Assembly: GCF_009914755.1 (NCBI RefSeq)
Contig: NC_060926.1
From: the human T2T-CHM13v2.0 reference genome, Homo sapiens
DNA length: 64,000 nt
Reading direction: 5' to 3' (one strand)
Shown: positions 60,157-64,000 of the stretch, one piece after another
Layout: every line of letters begins with the position of its first letter
Numbering within the stretch: the stretch's first letter is position 1
Position numbers and translations under genes: made by a program
The notes under the pieces: generated by a model
Told to the model about the DNA's origin: nothing
The model's database searches: none
Seen by the model: the letters and a program-made list of their open reading frames with translations, nothing else

Positions 60157-60200
60157 CCTGCATGTTCTGCACATGTATCCCAGAACTTAAAATAAAAAAT
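60157..60200 (+). mobile_element. Minimal (~44 bp) L1PA 3'-end insertion with TSD
   Basis: cctgcatgttctgcacatgtatcccagaacttaaaataaaaaat; TSD aataacacttg 60146-60156 / aataacatttg 60201-60211. Confidence 0.85.
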
Positions 60201-61429
60201 AATAACATTTGAAATAATTTTTATATTAAAGCTGTAGTATATTAAAAATATGTATGTTAACATGCATATATTCGTTTCTTTAAGTACAGATATAGATATA
60301 TATTATTGAATATTAAAGCTGCCCACACACATACACACATTTGTGTGTATGTGTTTTGATAGGAAAATCATTGTCACTGCTACTTAATGTTGCTTCTTAT
60401 TCAATTGCATGCCTCACTAAGTACATGGTACCTAAACATACACCAGAAATGCACATAAAATACATTAAATTCAAAAATCTATTGAAACATATATCTTAAT
60501 ACAAAAATCATTTTCTTCATATGGTTTTTACTAAGTACGAAACTTAAACATGAAATGATACAATTATTCCCCCATTTTCACACCTGCTTAAATTTTTTCT
60601 AAGTGTTTTTGTAACAATTTGGAAAATATTGCCCATTTACTTAGTCCAGGATAACTGCTTGTATTTTTATAAAACAAGCAGATATTAATGTGGAGAGGTT
60701 GATACCACTTTAGTGATATTCCTTGGGATAACCAAAGATAACAGTCAGATCATTAGCATGATGAGTTCCAATCAAGGAAAGTATGATTCATGTCACAAAA
60801 ATCTGCTAACAAAATCCTCCACACAAGGTTAAAAAAACTTCTTTTTATAGCTGACTGGTAATTTTTAAAAATGTTACTGTGTTGCCTTATTCAACAAAAA
60901 TATTTGCTAAAAGCTTATATGACTTCGTTGATAAGAAGAAATGCTAGATGTTAACCCCCAACTTTATTTTCACCACAGACATTGCTGTGGGCTGCAGAAG
61001 CTCATTTGCCCTGGAGTCCTTAAGGAAAGCTATCAACAATGTTGCAGTCCAAATGTAATTCACATAGTAGGTTCAAGTAAGACTGCAAAAGTGAAGTGAG
61101 TTCAGTTTCTGTTTCTTAGAAGCAAATGCTTCTTGGAACTGAATGGCACTAAAGAATATATGAGAAGCAAAGAGAAAATGAAAGCACATAGAGGCTTTAG
61201 ACCTCATTAACCCTGGTTGTATAGGAAGAAGCCATTTTTGCTCAATCATATATATTCTAAATATTTATTTTCTATTTTGTAACTGTAACTCTCCAAGATA
61301 CTTCACTCTATTTACTAAATAATGATTAATAGTAATCATATTAAAATATAACAGTCCTTGAGAATAAATTGGTTTCCTTCCAAAATTAATTATTCCTTAA
61401 AATTCCCTTCAGTTTAAAAAATTGATGTT

Positions 61430-61600
61430 TGATATAATTATTTAAATATTTTATATCTGATTTATTATATTCTATATCTGGTTCATTATATATTACATAT
61501 TATATATAACATATAGATTATTTACACTGTAGTATATGTGTCAAATATATGTATTACATATTATACATCTATGTTATTCATATATTATACCCATTATATG
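61430..61600. repeat. TA-rich low-complexity tract
   Basis: Degenerate tatat/attata units. Confidence 0.7.
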
Positions 61601-63137
61601 TTGCACATAAACGCAGATACCTACACTTAATCAAGGAGGTTTTACACCATGGATACCACCATTGTGAGAACAAAAGATAAAATAGTGAGCAATACAACCA
61701 CAATCTTGGTTTAGTTCCTCCATTTCCCACAATTAGATCTTGTATTAAAAATTCAAATTAATATAAGCCAGAAACCTTGTTTCTGCAGGCTTTGGAAATT
61801 TACCTTTCTTTAATGCCAAGCTGACGTTCTCCATAGGTCCCACTATGGTTGTCAGCAGGAAGTTTATTTTTCCTGCCCCCTGAACAAAGTATTGCAATGA
61901 TTTCTAAAATATGGTTAAATATTTACAAAGCTGCCTGGATCGTTCTTTGTCACTTTAGTCTTGTCTATACTCTGGTTTTACTCCTGGCATCTGAACTCAG
62001 AGTATCTTCTTCAGACAGTTATGTCTTCCACTCCATTACATTATACCAATGTTGGCAGGGTGCTCTACAGAAGTCTTCTAAACTTAGTTAAAATCATAAT
62101 GGAATGCTTAATAAAATTTTACTGCATTCTGCTATTTGGAAATAATAGAAAGAAATTACAGAGTAAAAAAGAAAAACTCAACATGTCTATTTGACATATT
62201 ATTTCTGATGTTTACAGGTCTGTAGGAAACCACTAACTGTTATTCTTTTTTTCTCAGCCTCCACTCTACTTGACAAAGGGTCCACTTTTTTCTCTGATTT
62301 CAAAGCACAGTCCTATGTTCTTTCTACCTAGACTCTAGGGTACTGAAACTAAATTAATGGAAAACATATTTTTTGTTTGCTAGTCTTGTCCATATTCTTT
62401 ATATACCTAACAATCGACAAAGAATTAACTTTATCCAGTATTAACAATATTTACATTTTAAAGAGGAATAGTGTCTTTCTTAGTTATCTAAAAGCTCATT
62501 AATTTAAAATTATAAATTGACGTGACCTTGACCAAACCATTAGTCACATTGCAGTGTTTATCCTAAAAGAAAAAATTACGTGATATCAATATTTCTAGAA
62601 AAACCAAAACTGCTTGTATTAGAAAAATGTGCTCAAGTTGTGGAAATAACAGAAAGAAATTACAAGGAGAAAAACAAAAGACCTATTTGACAGTTTACTA
62701 CTGAATTCTTTATACGTGGGTAACATAGGTTTTCTGCAGGAACTTGCCTTACTTCTCTTCATCAATGTTTATTTTATAATTATTAGTTTTGAAAACCAAA
62801 GCAACATTTCCACACTAATTTTGCTCTTTTCAATGAGATTCTATTACAAAGAATATTAATATGTCACATAGAAAGGAATTTTCTCTCAAATTTTTATCAC
62901 CTAATAAATATTTGGTGAGAAAAGTGTTCCTAAAATACCAATCTTTGTTCAGTAATTTTAGCGGAGCCCAGCCCCATGGTGTGTCAGCAGTCAGAGTTAG
63001 AGAAAAACAAGGGTAATGTGCATTTTTTGGGTTGTTGAAAGACTGTGTGGGCTCAATGAGAAAGGGTGAGAAATGACAGAAGAGGAAAGATACCATTAGC
63101 ATTTTTCGCTTCCACCTTCTATTCCTCACATTGTTGT

Positions 63138-63144
<7 letters not shown>

Positions 63145-63173
<29 letters not shown>

Positions 63174-63446
63174 GAGTCTTGCTCTGTTGCCTAGGCTGGA
63201 GTGCAGTGGCTCGATCTCGGCTTACTGCAACCTCCGCCTCCAAGGTTCAAGCGAACCTCCTGCCTCATCCCCCCAGTAGCTGGGATTACAGGCACGCGCC
63301 ACCATGCCCGGCTAATTTTTGTATTTTTACAATATACAGGGTTTCGCCTGTTGGCCAGGCTGGTCTGGAACTCCTGATCTCAGGTGATCCACCCAGGCCA
63401 GCCTCCCAAAGTGCTGGGATTACAGGTGTGAGCCACTGCACTCAGC
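63145..63446 (-). mobile_element. AluS SINE with TSD
   Basis: Long T tail and reverse Alu body; TSD tgtgttcttt at 63135-63144 and 63447-63456. Confidence 0.96.
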
Positions 63447-64000
63447 TGTGTTCTTTATTTGAAAGCAAATATACACACAAACCTGACGTCCTTACCTCAT
63501 GTCTCTTTATCATAAGGGTGTTTTAATTCTGCCTGGTTGTATTTATGATTATATTTTGTTCATTATTGCCTGTGTTATAATCAATATTGATGGTTTCATT
63601 GTTTTTTCATAAAGAAAAATTATATAAAGGAAGGCTAGAGCCTAACTTTTGAGTTAAAAATAATATATCGTATTTTTCCACTGTAACTGGATAAACATTT
63701 ATCACACCTAAAGTTTAGAAACACTCTGTAAAATATGCTGTGATAGTCACTTGAAGATATTTAATGTTTTATTTTCAATTTAATATATAAAACATTATCT
63801 ACAAGTATATATTAAAATATTCTCATCCTAAAAATTAGAAAACATTATTATGTAAAAAGTAAACATATTTACCTGTTGATAATACTTTTTAAATGTGTTT
63901 GCTCCCTGATATATGAAAAATTTGGTAAGGTAACTTGATTTAGTATGAGTCCTAACCAACTTAGGACTCAAAGTAAATTGCTAATCGTTTATCTATTCAG

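Overview
AT-rich, Alu/L1-containing primate genomic DNA, most likely human. The only protein-coding sequence I can support is a 144-bp internal exon at 37025-37168 (+). It encodes [48 protein letters not shown], which I recognise as ZNF804A exon 2 (the C2H2 zinc-finger exon). The window is therefore about 37 kb of intron 1 and 27 kb of intron 2. The supplied six-frame ORFs are almost all repeat-derived or chance ORFs. Roughly half the window is nested transposons: a full-length old L1MA carrying a near full-length Tigger4, a MER44 and an Alu; an LTR16 split by an Alu and an L1 5' half; an L1PA15/16-type element carrying a complete THE1A provirus; plus MER66, MER21, MST, MIR and L2 pieces. Non-routine structures are a 93-nt near-perfect non-TE hairpin 1 kb upstream of the exon, a ~950-bp antisense retroposed 3'UTR-like insert with poly(A), AATAAA and TSD, and several local templated duplications around exon 2. 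I found no evidence for a new multi-gene system. Repeat subfamily names come from recalled consensus sequences, not a database run.
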